DNA of 61,801 nt, filler included, from Choristocarpus tenellus KU-1152 (GCA_964200185.2; 8 parts of 8 records of this genome joined end to end with filler, not necessarily neighbours in it); one strand, 5' to 3'; positions 26,702-40,123 are shown, counted from the first letter of the whole stretch. Notes: generated by a model not told the origin, from the letters alone. Numbers and translations: made by a program.

Positions 26702-29064
26702 CTAGGTTGGATTTGGGTGACTGTTAATAAGGACAAACCGCCCACGCTCCTCTGAGAGGTCCACCCTCTGATATCTACGCAATCTTGCTGGACGTTGGCT
26801 TTTCAGCGATAGCGTTGTTAGTTTAAACGGCATGGGTTGGGCATGAGACATATTACTCCATCCATTCCATTTATATACTTTGTTGTCAATAGCTCTTCTC
26901 CCATTATGCTCGGTTCCTTGCCTCCCCTCCTGGTGTCTCCCCAACCAAAATGTCCCAGTTAGTAACAACAACAATCTGTGTCCTTTGCCTCCCCTATACA
27001 CCTCCTTCTCAAGACAATCACCTCTTTTCTCAATGTCACCACCATCCTGCCTCCTTTCCCCACCGTTCTGTTCATGTATGTGCCCTTGACTTAAGGTGTT
27101 TGAAGCAATTACAACGAGGACAATGATCCTAAACTTGCGCATAGATTTGTAGCGGGAAAAAATGGTCCTATCCCTAACCCCTGCTTGTGAATATAGTGAG
27201 TGATATCCAACAGGACTGCACCCTCGTAGCCAGCAGTGGTCTAGCATATCTTTAGCAGACGGACGCTCTGCTGGATCGACCTTTAGCATCTGCTTCAGAG
27301 TATTCAGGAAGTAGATTGCCCACATGCACAACACACACACATACACATGTTTGTGTCTCTACATGTAAGTAAGAATGGCGGAGGAGAGTATCAGCTGTAA
27401 GGAAAGGAATTCAGGGAATGGGGGAGGCACATACGTTCAAAGAATATGAAAGGATAGCAGTGTGGTTGTACGTGAACTATCCTAGGCACCACCACATACC
27501 TTTAGTACGTAACCTGCTGGATACTATAGTGGATGTGGACCAATGACTGTGAGGTATTCACAGCAAATGCAACCTTTCATTTGTCCACCCCCTGCACCTG
27601 GATCTTCTCGTTGCCCTTCCCCCTTGCACATACCCCCCCAAATACACTGCCTTAGTGTGATTGCCACTACCATCACCCTGCTACTATACATCCTACAAAA
27701 ATCTACTGATTCATGATTCTTGTTCCTTGAAACAATTGTGCCTTCTCCTCACTGACAAAAATGCTCACAGGGTCAAAGTATCTGGGAGGAGGGGGGTGCC
27801 GTCCGTTTTTGACCCACAAGAGGTTACTGTGTGCTATGGTTGTGCTTGTTACTTCCCCAATGAGAAAAATACAACAATGGGGCAAATCTGAACGCACCCT
27901 CAACAGTCACACATCAGATGTCACATAAAAGCAACAATCAACATAAATGGCTGCACAACACCAGAAATATATGTGTCCAACAGAGACAAACACTCACACA
28001 AAAGATACATGCACCTGGGTAATGAAGTCCTTGGCCTGCAGACTGACGTGCCCCCAGTACGTGGTGTGGAACAGGAAATCACCATGCATGATCTCTCGAA
28101 AGAGGCGACCATTTTCTGAGGTGAAAAACGGTGGGTAACCCCCCATGAGAATATACGCCACGATACCCATACTCCAAATGTCAACCTTAAAATGGAAGAA
28201 AAGAGAGATGGTACAGAGTCAATCGAATAATGTGATGATGAGGGCTGGTGAGCACAAAGCAAGGTTGTTATCTCGCAGGAATGGTACCTGAACTTATCAT
28301 ATCCAATGTGTGAAATTGTGGTCCCTTATGTTCCGATGCTGTGGTGGTGTGAGCTCTCTTTCTCTCTCCTCCAAACACCTTTGTTCTTCCTTGCCCTGTG
28401 ATATTATCCCCGCCTCCCTACAAGCTGAAGTGCAAGTAAAATCCTTACATGTTTTGTTGACTAGGTGTGTGTATGTAGACATGTAGCTCTCTTTGTATGG
28501 TTATGTCGACATACTTATCCCTGCCTCCCTACAAGCTGAAGTACAAGTAAAATCATTACATATTATGTTGACTATATATATGTATGTAGACATAATTCTA
28601 CAATTCGCTAGTAGACTCTCAGAACTGAGGTAATTGAGAGATAGGTAGGTTTGGACCCTCTTGCATTCTTGCCCATCTTTCTTGAACCCCGTGCTGATAC
28701 ACTCTATCTCATTGCTTTTCTTTGTTGTGCATGACGGTGAAATCAAAATTGGTATTCACCCTTTCCACAAACAAATCGAAACCACAATTCAGCAATGGGT
28801 TGTTCTGCAATTGTACTAAATAGCGCCTTTAATGCTTTTCTTGATACGCTTAACATGCAACCTTTGCCTACCTCTCGTTTACTTTAGTTCTTACCTATCA
28901 TTGATCAGACAACATGGGGGTAATATCACACACACACACACACACACCTTTGGACATTGCTCACGCCCCTGGAGGATCTCTGGTGCCGCATACTGTAGAG
29001 TGCCACAGGGTATGCTTGAGTGAGCCAAGGCACTAATGCGCTCCGCAAAGCCAAAGTCACCCAA
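26702..29064 (-). CDS. Ser/Thr protein kinase, CAMK group (C-lobe and regulatory tail; N-lobe not found)
   Basis: In-phase exons: 28948-29064 (LGDFGFAE..CGTLQYAAPEIL), 28015-28185 (VDIWSMGIVAYILMGGYPPF..WGHVSLQAKDFITQ), and 27289 down to the stop at 26702 (MLKVDPAERPSAKDMLDHCW..RKFRIIVLVVIASN, a CaM-binding-like helix). Confidence 0.9.
28404..28593. repeat. ~111-bp-period duplication in kinase intron
   Basis: TTATCCC.GCCTCCCTACAAGCTGAAGT..GTAGACAT at 28404 and 28515. Confidence 0.8.
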
Positions 29065-29263
29065 CTTTCAAGAAGAGGTGGGGCATCAAATGTCGATGAC
29101 GGTGTTACCTCTTGGTGAGAAGTGCTACCGACAATCTGACTTCCTAGCTCTGAGTCCAGATTTTGACTCACTGGTATTAGTTTGTTGATATCGGATTGAA
29201 ATGTCAGGGCACATGTAGGTGAGCTGGATTGGACCAGCAAATAAATGTGTCACACGTATGAGC

Positions 29264-29526
29264 GAGTCGAAGTATCTTAGAGGGTAGAGCCGCGTCAGTT
29301 TTGGGACCAAAATCCAATGATTTGATTTTGATGTAATTTTGGCTATCGTGTTTTATAGGAAATGTCAATATCCTTGTTCCGAACACACCTTTTCATAATG
29401 ATGTATACAATTACTGACTCTGAAACATTTCAGAGTAGGAGGAAAATGTCATTAAAAACACGTTGGAAGTCAAGCCTCAAATGGACAAACAGGGCAAAAT
29501 TCGTACCCTCTAAGATACTTTCACTC
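29264..29526 (+). mobile_element. MITE family A, copy 2
   Basis: Same TIRs and internal sequence as 2100-2357, flanked by AGC/AGC. Confidence 0.85.
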
Positions 29527-29927
29527 AGCGTGGGCGACCCTATGAGAGATCCTAAGTACCATCAATATGGGTGATGGAAAGGACAACCACACCTTGGACA
29601 TTCAACTACTCCACCCCTTGGCTTAGGTTCACCCATCTGCATCATGTTGCCACCAAGGCCTCTGAACCTATCGATGCCCATTGCAACGTGCTGTAGGTAG
29701 CAGAGAGGCATGGAGTAAGGAAATCAAAATGCCATCCAAAGATGACACTACCGAAGTTAACTCTACAAATATTGCAAAATAATGCAAAGAGAAATATATA
29801 TATTTATATCCAGCTCACTTTGCACTTCCCTTGCCTCTTTCTCCGAAATAACAAAACAAACACAGGCACATGGATAATCCTTGCAAAAAAAACCCCCTAT
29901 CCCTCACACCCAATTGTCTTTAGTACA

Positions 29928-30190
29928 GAGTCAAAGCATTTAAGAGGGTAGGGCTGCGTCTGTTTGGGGTCATAACCCAACGTTGTGATTTGATGAATTT
30001 TGGCTATCGTGTTTGTTAGCAACTGTCAATATCCTTGCTCAGGACACACCTTTCATAGTCGTATACATTTTAGGGTTAGGGTAACTGTGTTCACACAGAA
30101 AACCGAAAGAGGGCATAAAACACCCGTGGGAAGCCAAGTCCCGAACTGAAAAACAGGGCACAACTCCTACCCTCTTGAATGCTTTGGCTC
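29928..30190 (+). mobile_element. MITE family A, copy 3 (diverged, internal TTAGGG tract)
   Basis: GAGTCAAAGCATTTAAGAGGGTA...TACCCTCTTGAATGCTTTGGCTC, flanks ACA/ATA. Confidence 0.75.
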
Positions 30191-30810
30191 ATAGTGTCGC
30201 TTGAGTGCGGTTTGGAGATAGCTCAGTCAGGGGAATACAAGAGCAGTCGAAACACTGTCATTGTCAATGGTGCGATGCTATGCCTTGCAAGAACAAGTTG
30301 CGAGGCTTCTCACTCAAACCGATTTTCACCCCCCCTATATTTATTGATAGTGGTATTATGTCCAGGTTGGTACTGGCAAACACAACCCACAGGATCTAAG
30401 CTAACGTCTCGAAGATCAGTCGCACAACAAAATGTTACACCGCATGCTAGATGTGGGGATACTTTCTAAAAGAAAGTAGTTGTCCGGTTGGCATGCTAAA
30501 CGGCAAGGGAAATCACCTTCAATCAGAGGGGTTTATGTTGATGAGATAAAAAAAAAACGTGCGGTCTGAATGAAGGTGATACAAGTAGTAGTGTGGTGTA
30601 GTTGTCAGATGTCCAAGACTGATAAATAGCACATAATGACCAGGTAGTCTTGACAAGAATAAAAAAAACTTCAAGCTTTTAAATGCTGCAACATCTCTTG
30701 AAAAAAAAAAAAGTTAGATGTCTTTAACCAAAAATTGTCAATACCTGAAACGTTGTCTTACAAGTAAAGGAAAGCTGGATTGCATTATCAATACATATTA
30801 TTCCACTCTC

Positions 30811-30991
30811 GGCTCGAAGTATCTGGGGGGAGAGGCGGCTCCCCATATGGGGTCATTTTTTTCATGTCGCGATTTTTGGGTGATTTGGTTGCATATATCG
30901 GATGGATAATGTATGTGCACTTTTCCTGGTCAAGGTCCATATGGGCACCCTGGTGTAGATGTCGGGGGTCGCCGCATCCTGCCAAACACCA
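30811..30991 (+). mobile_element. Repeat family D terminus (starts like the family A TIR)
   Basis: GGCTC.AAGTATCTGGG..TTTTTCATGTCGCGATTTTTGGGTGATTTGGTTGCATA. Also at 31092-31186 (reverse), ~34049, ~48717, and shorter at ~27771, ~47215 (reverse) and ~51559. Confidence 0.7.
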
Positions 30992-31290
30992 NNNNNNNNN
31001 NNNNNNNNNNNNNNNNNNNNNNNNNNNNNNNNNNNTTAATTAATTAANNNNNNNNNNNNNNNNNNNNNNNNNNNNNNNNNNNNNNNNNNNNATCCAACAT
31101 ATGCAACCAAAATCACCAAAAAATCGCGACATAAAAAAAATGTCCCCAAATGGACAGCCGCTACCCCCCCCCAGACACTTTGAGTCACTTCTACATTAAA
31201 AGAAATGGGATGTAAATATATATATATACATACTGGATAAGGTTTCCGGTATGTTTGCGTGCTTTCTTGTCTGTCTGGGTCTATTTGCAG

Positions 31291-34200
31291 ATCGATGCTA
31301 GCTCGGCACGGGCATGCTTCCTACCATTGCAGCGAGTCAGTGAGCAAAGCTCGACCTGTATTGCCTATGCTGGTCTAACTCACAAGATGGAGACACTTCT
31401 GAGGTAAAACACTATCTCAGCCTTGCTCCTATGCCCTTCCTCACCTTGTATTCCATCCTTGATCTCCCTGCAGGTCTAGTAATCTGAACAGTATTTTTAT
31501 TTGAAGGAAGGAATGTAAATATTTATATACATTTTTTTTCATATTTTATTTCAACTGCATACCGCATACATACCTATTTGTAAGCTTTCTAAATGAAATG
31601 AACAGGTCGAGTGTATGACCATCACTTTGCTATACAGATCATAGAATGCACAGGGCAAGATTTTCCGACAACATAGTACTATGCAATGGAATGGTTACTT
31701 CATTATCGCCCATCACACCAAATGTTATAAACTGAAGATATGGGCAAGTGGTATAAGTCATGACCAGGCACGTCAATCAAGGAGAGATGCCCAACATCCT
31801 ATGAACGGGCAACAATGACATTGTATACACCCTTCACATACTAGTTACATCATGGTGACGTGTCACATTTAAGGTAGAGTGCTGTAGTGCTACAGCACTG
31901 TGACTATGCCTTATCTTCAAGTGCCTTTTCCAGCCACCCCTCCAGCACTCTCCCATACATACATGTATAACTTTTCCCCTTCTGCTCCCTGTGTTGGAAG
32001 AGCTCACAAAGCTTTGGATGGGGACAAGATTGCGACTTTCCCCACCATTTATGCAGCAGTGGAGTTTTGTGAGACACAACTCATTTGGGCGGTGACTCAG
32101 GCCAAGACCACAGTCAAGCAAGGAAATGGAAATGCTACAAGCCAGGGCAGGGGGATTAGAGGAGATGGAGAGAGGGGTCCTTGGTCATTTGGGCTCTTCA
32201 ACCAGATGGATAGCTGCAGGCGTGTGATAATGTTGTTTCATTGAACAATTGAATTTGTGTGCAACACATACTTTAAACTAGTGATGATTTTAGAAGGGAC
32301 AAGGGGATATATCTTTGGCATATGTGATGGTACTGTTAACTTGTCTGATCATGGTTATCATTTTCTTCTCATAATGTTTTGAGTTTCAGGAATGCTTGTT
32401 TTTGCTAGTTGAGGCTATTAGGCTGAACAGGGCCGGGTTCACCAAGTTTTCCGTGTTGATTTTCAGTAATACTCCCAACAAAATATCTGGTTTGACTTTG
32501 TTGTGGATTGTTGAAATTAACCTTCCTTAATCAAAATTCACTAGGACCGAATTCCGGTTCGGAACTCATGCCGATATACATGACCATGATGCTCACAGGT
32601 CAATACCAGTGTCTTCTGTCAAGGATGTGCTGCTACAGGTCCTTGAAGTGTCTGGGATAGACGCACCTTTCACGGTGGACTGCATTGCAAGGTTTGTTTA
32701 TGATATTTAATTGAATGCATGGGATGGTGTGTGAAGGGGAAAGAGGGCAAGGACACTGGAAGCGAATGCCCTCTGATCCTTTGCTCCGTTGTGTATCACC
32801 CTGGCTACTGGCCCCAATGGCTATGTAGTATGATATTGTGCTGTGTACTCATGTGGATGCCCGATGTTCTATGACAGAATATTGTCATTTTATAACGTGA
32901 GCTCAAGTCTGAAGCGTTAAATCTTGTCTGGAACCCAGCACTAATATCTTTCAGTCTGTCATTCATATGGTCACCATATGCTTCATCATTAGCACTTACT
33001 CATCAATCTTTCACTAACCTATTCCTTGCACTGCAACCTGAATAGAATTTGGAATTGTAGAGAGTACATATTCAACAATTTTGTACAACAAAATGTCTTT
33101 GGGGGGGCGATAATAGATCAGTAGTGACAAGCTTTTGAATCAAAGTATCAGGACAACAAAATATAAAGTCTAGATCAGGTGATTTTTTATTTCTATACCT
33201 TCAGAGGGAAAAGGTGTCCCACTTTGTGATGCCATCACAGTAGTACTTTGACAATGTGTAAACATAACCAGACCAGGATGTTTCGGTGGTCTCTGTCTGT
33301 GGGTCAGTGGCCTACTGCCCTTGATTCAGCTTTGGATGGTGTCCACAGCTGGGAAGCTCTGGGCAATGGCAAGCACTTGAACTTGAGGCAAACTAGGCCC
33401 CAAGGCAGAACGTCGCTCAATTGAACCCAAATACTGAGCAAAAACGAACGATATGAAGATTAATATATATATATATATCCCTCTTTCTTTCTCTTTGTGT
33501 TTGTTTGCGTGTGCATGGAATTCAGTTTAAACATCAAGGTGGGCTGATAATATGTGCAGTCACATTCCTCGAATGTTCTGGATTACTTCAAATTAGCATT
33601 TCGAATTGTACCGAACCAATTTGGCTTGCATATGTGTTCTAAGTGAACTACTACATCACAGCTAGCTTCATACCAAGGATACTGATCGTCATGCATTGTA
33701 TTCTTAAGTCACCAAGTCACCCCACCACAACCCTAGGCTGAGGTCTTTAATATGGTCTCTTAGTATTAGAGACTTGCTCCCTCTCAGTTTTCATGCCCGT
33801 TTATAATTTGATCATATCTAAGCCCCACCATTTCTTTCATTCCCCCCACCTCACCTCCTGTTTTTCTGGCAGATACTGTGTGGAAGAGAAATACGACCCA
33901 GGGTCAGTGATATTCACTCCAGGTGACACTGCAGATAGGTTTTTCATCATTGCTGAAGGCAAGGTGAGTATGGTGGAGTTTTGGGGAAGACCGAGAACCT
34001 ATGTTGGGATACAATAGTTGATGTATCCCATGTGTGTTTGTTTGCTTTGGCTCAAAGTATCTGGGAGGTGGCGACTGTCTCTTTGGGACCAATTTTTCAT
34101 GTCTCGATTTTTGAGTGATCTGGTTGCATACGTCAGTGGTGGCATTGAGAACCGATTGATTATTGGGATTGATCCCTCTCTTTGCCGGGACTTTCGTCTT

Positions 34201-37200
34201 ACCAGCTTTTCCCAATAATAGTTCCTCAAGATGGATCGGACATTGTGAATATCCCTGTTACAATTTGATGAGGTGATTATGGTTACCTCTCACAACTTTT
34301 TTCTCAGCACAAGAACACACTGCACTTCATTTTATTAAGAGCTATCAACAACTGTAGCATAGAGTAAGATGACCTGCCACTTCTTAGATGTCTGTACATA
34401 CCAGGCTCAGACAGCTAGAGGTTTTTCACATTCCCTTCATTATACTGGCCATCCTGAGAAAAAGTTCCAACATGTGCTCTCAGTCGATCTGGTTTTCGCC
34501 CACACCTTTGCACTTTTGGCACTTAGATACAGATTTCTTGGAAGGTGTATTGGGAACATTGCAGTCCTTAAGTTGTTGTAGTGTGGAGGTTTTCTTCTTT
34601 AGACCACTATTATTGTTTGTTTTATCAGCTGGGAAGTGGAATTTACCGCTGTCAATGTTGAGCTTTGAGAGTTCAGCAGAGAGCATCTTTTTACTTTGCT
34701 CTTTAGTTTGGCAGCCTTCAGTGACTAGTGTGCAGTCCGTCTTCAAACCTGTCCTCAAAGTAAGAACCCAATGACATTCTGTGGGTGATGACCGAATGTT
34801 TCAACGTTTGGGTACATTTCAAACACAGCACCCATACTATACTGGATTTTAATTTTTTTTTTAATAATTATTTGTCATTATATTTTTGTATGTATGCATC
34901 AACCAGCATTAGTCCATTCTTTTCGACTTCAGGTGGTGATAGAGTCCCTTCATGATCATAGGCCAGTGAATGAACGGTCCCTGTCCCCTACAACCATTCA
35001 GAGACCTCGCTCCGAAAGCCTCGCTCGAGCAGGGGGACAGGTTGGTGCCAATTGGTGGTGCGTTGATCTATCTTGAGCTTGAATCTCCTCTCTAGAATAG
35101 GTGCGAAATCGTTCATAATTCTTTGGTTACATCAATTGTTTTGTATTGGTGCTATGGCTGCAATGTTCGTGGAGAGGTGGAGGATCTATGTTAAAATACG
35201 AATAGTCACGGCCGTTGGCCTCTTTCCAATGCATTTTTAAGTTTTTCTGCCAGTGAACGTATTGAGATGGTGTGGTGTGAGCGAAACACTGCCAAAGACT
35301 CCTTGTGGTGATTTAAGAGCACACTTGGTATGTTGTACGTGTGTTTCCTGCTTCTGAGTTTATATATTTGTGTGTGCATGTATATGTGACTTGGACTTTG
35401 AATTGTAGGAATGGCTCTATCCAACACCATACCCAATACCTCATTGAGCCGTATGTAGCGGTACAGTGCCGCAGCAAATGGATAGGATTTCACCGACAAC
35501 TATTTGTTGATTATCTTTCCTGTATATCGGACTTGTATTCTGTTTATCACCATGACATACTTTCCATACATAAATATCAGGTTGTGCTGAAGCCTAGTGC
35601 AATCTTCGGTTATGTTGACCACCAATTGGATCAACCCAGGACCCACTTTGCCATAGCGGAAGAACACTGCAGACTATGCATCTTCACAAAACAGAACCTT
35701 GAGAGGTGTGAGAATACCAGTTTTTGTAGTTCGCTCTGGAAGAGTGCTTTGCTAGGCTTAGTAGCTACTCCTGTGTGTTTTCGAAGGGGAACCTAGAGTT
35801 GCACCGAACGACGAGACAGTTACAACATGAGTGCATAGATTAAGAGTGTGGGTATTGCCTGTGATCCCGTGATTACCAGCCTAAACGTTTGCCTTAACTG
35901 GTGATTCTTAATGTGGAACTATACTATGGAGGGTTGTGCTTATGTTGCGTGGGTTGTGCAGCACTCTTTTTGGCATGTGTTAAGGCAAACAGAGAGATGC
36001 CCTCCTCAGATGATGTGTTTTATGCTAATGTTGGAATGGGGAACTTGGAAGATATTTTCGTGATATTAATAGTCAAATGCATCCAGATTTGGCTCGGTTC
36101 CTTATGTTGGCAATGTGAACCATCCTATAGGTGCCGGAAATGTTGAGTGTGGGGTTGAACAAAATTGCCTACATCTCAAATTGAGTCAACGTAAGCGAGA
36201 GGTACCCAGGATTACATTTTCAGGTTGCTGACAATTTTGTGCAAATCGACATTTTTTTTAACAGATGCACGTATAGGAGGATGTTTTCTGAATTCTGTCG
36301 AAAAGTCTCGAACAGCAGAGAAATCAATGCTCTTGGGTCAAACCTAGCACGTATTCATAGAAATATGGGTGAATTGTAAAAAAATTGAAGAGCTTGCTTA
36401 AAATGCAAAATGCTAAAAATCTGGATACCTCTCGTTTACTTAGTCTCTGTAGAGATATTGATGTACAAATCCTTGTCCACTTTGTTGGTATGGATTATTT
36501 TTGTAAGGGATTTTCAAATTGGGTTGTCCTGGCCATTATATGGAGAGGGAAGGAGCTCATGTACTCCAGAGTAGTAGATTAGCAATGAGTCGTAAAAATG
36601 TGGTTAGTGTGAGGATGACCATTGAGGGAAATGTGTCAAAGCATGCTCAGAGATGCTCAGATCATTTCCCAAGCAATAACACGAATGCACATTGTTGTGT
36701 TACACCATAGATACCTCAGTGTTGTATTGCGGATTGTGTCATGTTTTTACGTTGAACTCTGATGTCATACCTGAACAAAGTCTATGTGAGCCTATTTTGC
36801 AGACAGTCCTTTGAGTGGAGCATGATAAAAGCTTAAAGAGTGCTGCGAGGTGTTGTGCATATGAAGTGATGTTTTTTCTGAAAATAAGGAACACGAAACA
36901 TGATGATGCTAGCATGAGAAATACTTGGTTTTAATATTACTAAGGGCAATGGAACGTTTCAAGGTAAAAGCATGACTAAAATGAAACATGTTACGGGTTT
37001 CAATGATGTGAAAGTATAATGTTTTCATGCAGATTTCCCTCATCCCTCAAATCTTTGTGTAATTTTCACTGCATTTCGAAACAGTGTGAGTACAGGGGAA
37101 ATGTATTGACCTTGTTGGATGTACTATTTACCATGCAGGTGCAAGATAATCGTAGCAAGAGGAAGGAGTAAAGGCCCACAATATGGGCTGACAATAGGTT

Positions 37201-37723
37201 TGAGAAACATGATAGCAATATAGTGTAGCAGTGTTGTGAAATGCTGCATTTTCCATCATGTAGAACTATTTGGCAGTTAGAATAAAACGCTGTGACAAGA
37301 AATGTGTTTTCCAGTCTTGTGTGTATTTAGCAGGTACACTTCTTTGGCTACTTGTTGAAGATTTATTTGCCTCTAGAACAGAGCTGGATTTTAAAAGTTT
37401 GACCGTAGATGAAACAGCCTGTGCAGGAATACACACTTGTAGGGCTGGGTCTCTGATAGAGCTATATTCACGTGATCAGACAAGGCTTTTCCAGCTATTT
37501 GTGTGGATTGCACCTTCTGTATGAGTAGATTCGATAAGAACTCTGAGGTATACGGTCCCTGGAAATAGCAAGTTGGGAGCTGTACTCCAGCCCTCTCTCC
37601 GTCCTTTCACCTTCCTGCCCCACCTTCAACAGGATGCAGGTTGAGGATCCAAAGATGCTGTGGATAGTGGAGAGGAGCCTCCTTAAGCACTTGTCACTTG
37701 AGCTCAGCTCCTTCCCCATTTGA
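31291..37723 (+). CDS. SulP/SLC26-family transporter C-terminus: STAS plus cyclic-nucleotide-binding domain
   Basis: Exons 31291-31403 (IDASSARACFLPLQ..IAYAGL, STAS), 32001-~32219 (FPTIYAAVEFCETQLI), 32545-32691, 33873-33963 (YDPGSVIFTPGDTADRFFIIAEGK, cNMP), 34933-35040, 35581-35705 (PSAIFGYVD..PRTHFAIA) and 37633-37723 (MQVEDPKML..SFPI*). The transmembrane domain is outside the contig, so the family call rests on domain order. Confidence 0.8.
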
Positions 37724-39389
37724 ATGCATATGGGTACAAGCGGCATATTCAACTGCTGAAGTGTGAAGCAGTGACATGTGATAGCAGGGTTCAACAAACC
37801 TATTTCTTCTGAGGGATATCAAGCTCATGCTGTGAAAAGAGAGCACAAGGAAGAGATGGGGAAAGTCAAACAAGTGACAATATCAACACACAATTAGTAC
37901 TAAGGTTGCCAATTCATAGACAGGAAGGGTGTGCGGAGGGAGAACATTAAACCGGGTATGGTATAGCCAAGGAGAAGGTCATCAGTCTTACAGATTCAGA
38001 TATGGGGGTATAGGGGGCGCTTATTTGGAGTTCATGGGTGTTGTGCCGGGCGGTTGTTGGGTGGGTAGGAACTATTTGTCAACTATGGGTTGGATATTTG
38101 AGAGAATGCTGATCCTGTGGCTTGGTGGGTGGGTGAAATGTTTGTTCTTTCAGACTTTTTAGAGGGGGATTAGTGACTGTATTAAAGTCAGTGTCCTAGA
38201 GCATTATACTCGTAGCTTCATCCTCCATATCTTGCTTTTGTAGTGTAGCAATAGTGGTCTGTGCATATTTCGTTATGTCATAGGCGGTGTATCGACCATC
38301 AATTGGCTTCTTGTGGTCTTCATTATTTTCATTTTGTTGTGCCCACTAGCACGTGACACATTTCTATGCCATGCAGGACGCCTTCTAACCGAAACTCACA
38401 GCATCTAATCTCGACTGCCACATGCTGCCGATGTTGACCCCGAACTATGTGTGTTTCAACTGCCATGCAAACGTGTGCTAGGTAGAAACGTTGCAAAATC
38501 TTTGGGGGGGGGAGCTTGTGGAGATTGGATGTTTCTACACACCACACTCATTTCAAGTTTCTAACCACCCATATTTTTTGTAAGGGGGATGCGATTGGGA
38601 AAAAGATAGTCTGTGAAATTTGTCACGGCATTGTACCACATGGAACGAGGATATGTTGCAACCAGGTTTTCCTAGTAGATAAAATGCATCATGTAATGAT
38701 GTTGCCTGACCCAGGACTACTGATTTTTTGGGAACAAAGTCTAGCATGAAGTATTGTGCAAAGCAGAGGCGACATACTCATCTGTGCTTGAATATTGCAT
38801 ACAGGCAACTACAAGTGGTTAGGGCTTAAGAGGGGGGGCATCCTGCACCGCTCCTACCTACTGGCCGCTGTTTAGTCCTTCTCTAGGTTGATACTGCTAC
38901 TGCTGCTGCCAAGTATGTGCATTGATATTTATCCCTGGTTAATGACTGAGAAATGCGTAACAAGCAATGACGATCTACTGAAGTTGAGTCGTTTTCGTTG
39001 TGTTTGGAAAAAGATGCAGCAACGAAGTCAACATTTAGGCTGCTGATGATCTACAACAAATATAATGATTTCATGAACCAGCAAAAGGAGAAATAAGCAG
39101 AACATTTCCCCCTATTTTGTGTACCTCCTTAGGGCATTGTTTATGTCTAGTGACACAATAGGGCACAAGCACGTCTCTTGTCACGGGTTGCGAAGCATTG
39201 CTCATAAGAGTGTGGTGATGGACTAGTGCCTCTAAATGGATGCGAATATCAAGGTGTCACTCTGACCTAAAACAGAAACAGCATATGTTTGGATTCATTA
39301 TGATCGTTTATTGCTTTCTTTAGATACACATACTCCACAGTATGCACTTTTTTTTGGTGCAATTAATATTTCAATGCGTTATAATTGAT

Positions 39390-39578
39390 CCATTATTTTG
39401 GTGATTATTTTCATTCCATAGTGTTCCATTATTTTGGTGATTCTTTTCATTCCATATATTAGTACACCATAGTGTTCCATTATTTTGGTGATTCTTTTCA
39501 TTCCATATATTAGTACACCATAGTGTTCCATTATTTTGGTGATTCTTTTCATTCCATATATTAGTACACCATAGTGTT
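39390..39578. repeat. 51-bp tandem repeat x3 plus a shorter first unit
   Basis: CCATTATTTTGGTGATTCTTTTCATTCCATATATTAGTACACCATAGTGTT repeated. Confidence 0.92.
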
Positions 39579-39602
39579 GGCAGTCAACCTCTAAGATCAG
39601 AA

Positions 39603-40123
39603 CGATCTTGATTTTTTTTAAAGAGATTGCCCAACGAGTTTAACCATGATCAGCGTATCGAATGAAAGCTCTTGATTGAAGCTATCGACGACTTCTAGAA
39701 AGGAATTCTTTCAAAGAATTATTTTGGTAAGGTTAAATATTAACCGAATGTTTTCGGCACAACCTTGAAAATGTTTCGCGGAATGAATTATCACGACGAA
39801 AAATATTTTTGCGAAAGCATTACTTTGCATACAAGAGCGGATCAAGATAATGGCGGATGGATCATTTCATGGAGGATGGATTTTTCCCAAAATGGTGCGC
39901 GGAAAGTGCCCATTTATTAGAACAAAAAAAAACAAAGAACAAATAAAACAAATGGGCACTTTCTGTCCACCATTTTGGGAAAAATCCATCCTCCATGAAA
40001 TGATCCATCTCCCATTATCTTGATCCGCTGTTATACATCGATAGCCTAGATCCAGAGCTTTCATTTAATATGCTGGTCGTCAATTGACTCGTTGGGCAAC
40101 CCGTTCAAAACAATCAAGATTGG
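39603..40123. mobile_element. MITE family B, copy 2, carrying a nested MITE
   Basis: Colinear with 22211-22521 except for a ~200-bp insertion. Confidence 0.8.
39832..40033. mobile_element. MITE family C (near-perfect ~83-bp TIR hairpin, TA TSD)
   Basis: AGCGGATCAAGATAATGG..GGAAAGTGCCCATTT / AAATGGGCACTTTC..CCATTATCTTGATCCGCT, with TA on both sides. Absent from the matching site in copy 22211-22521. Confidence 0.88.
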
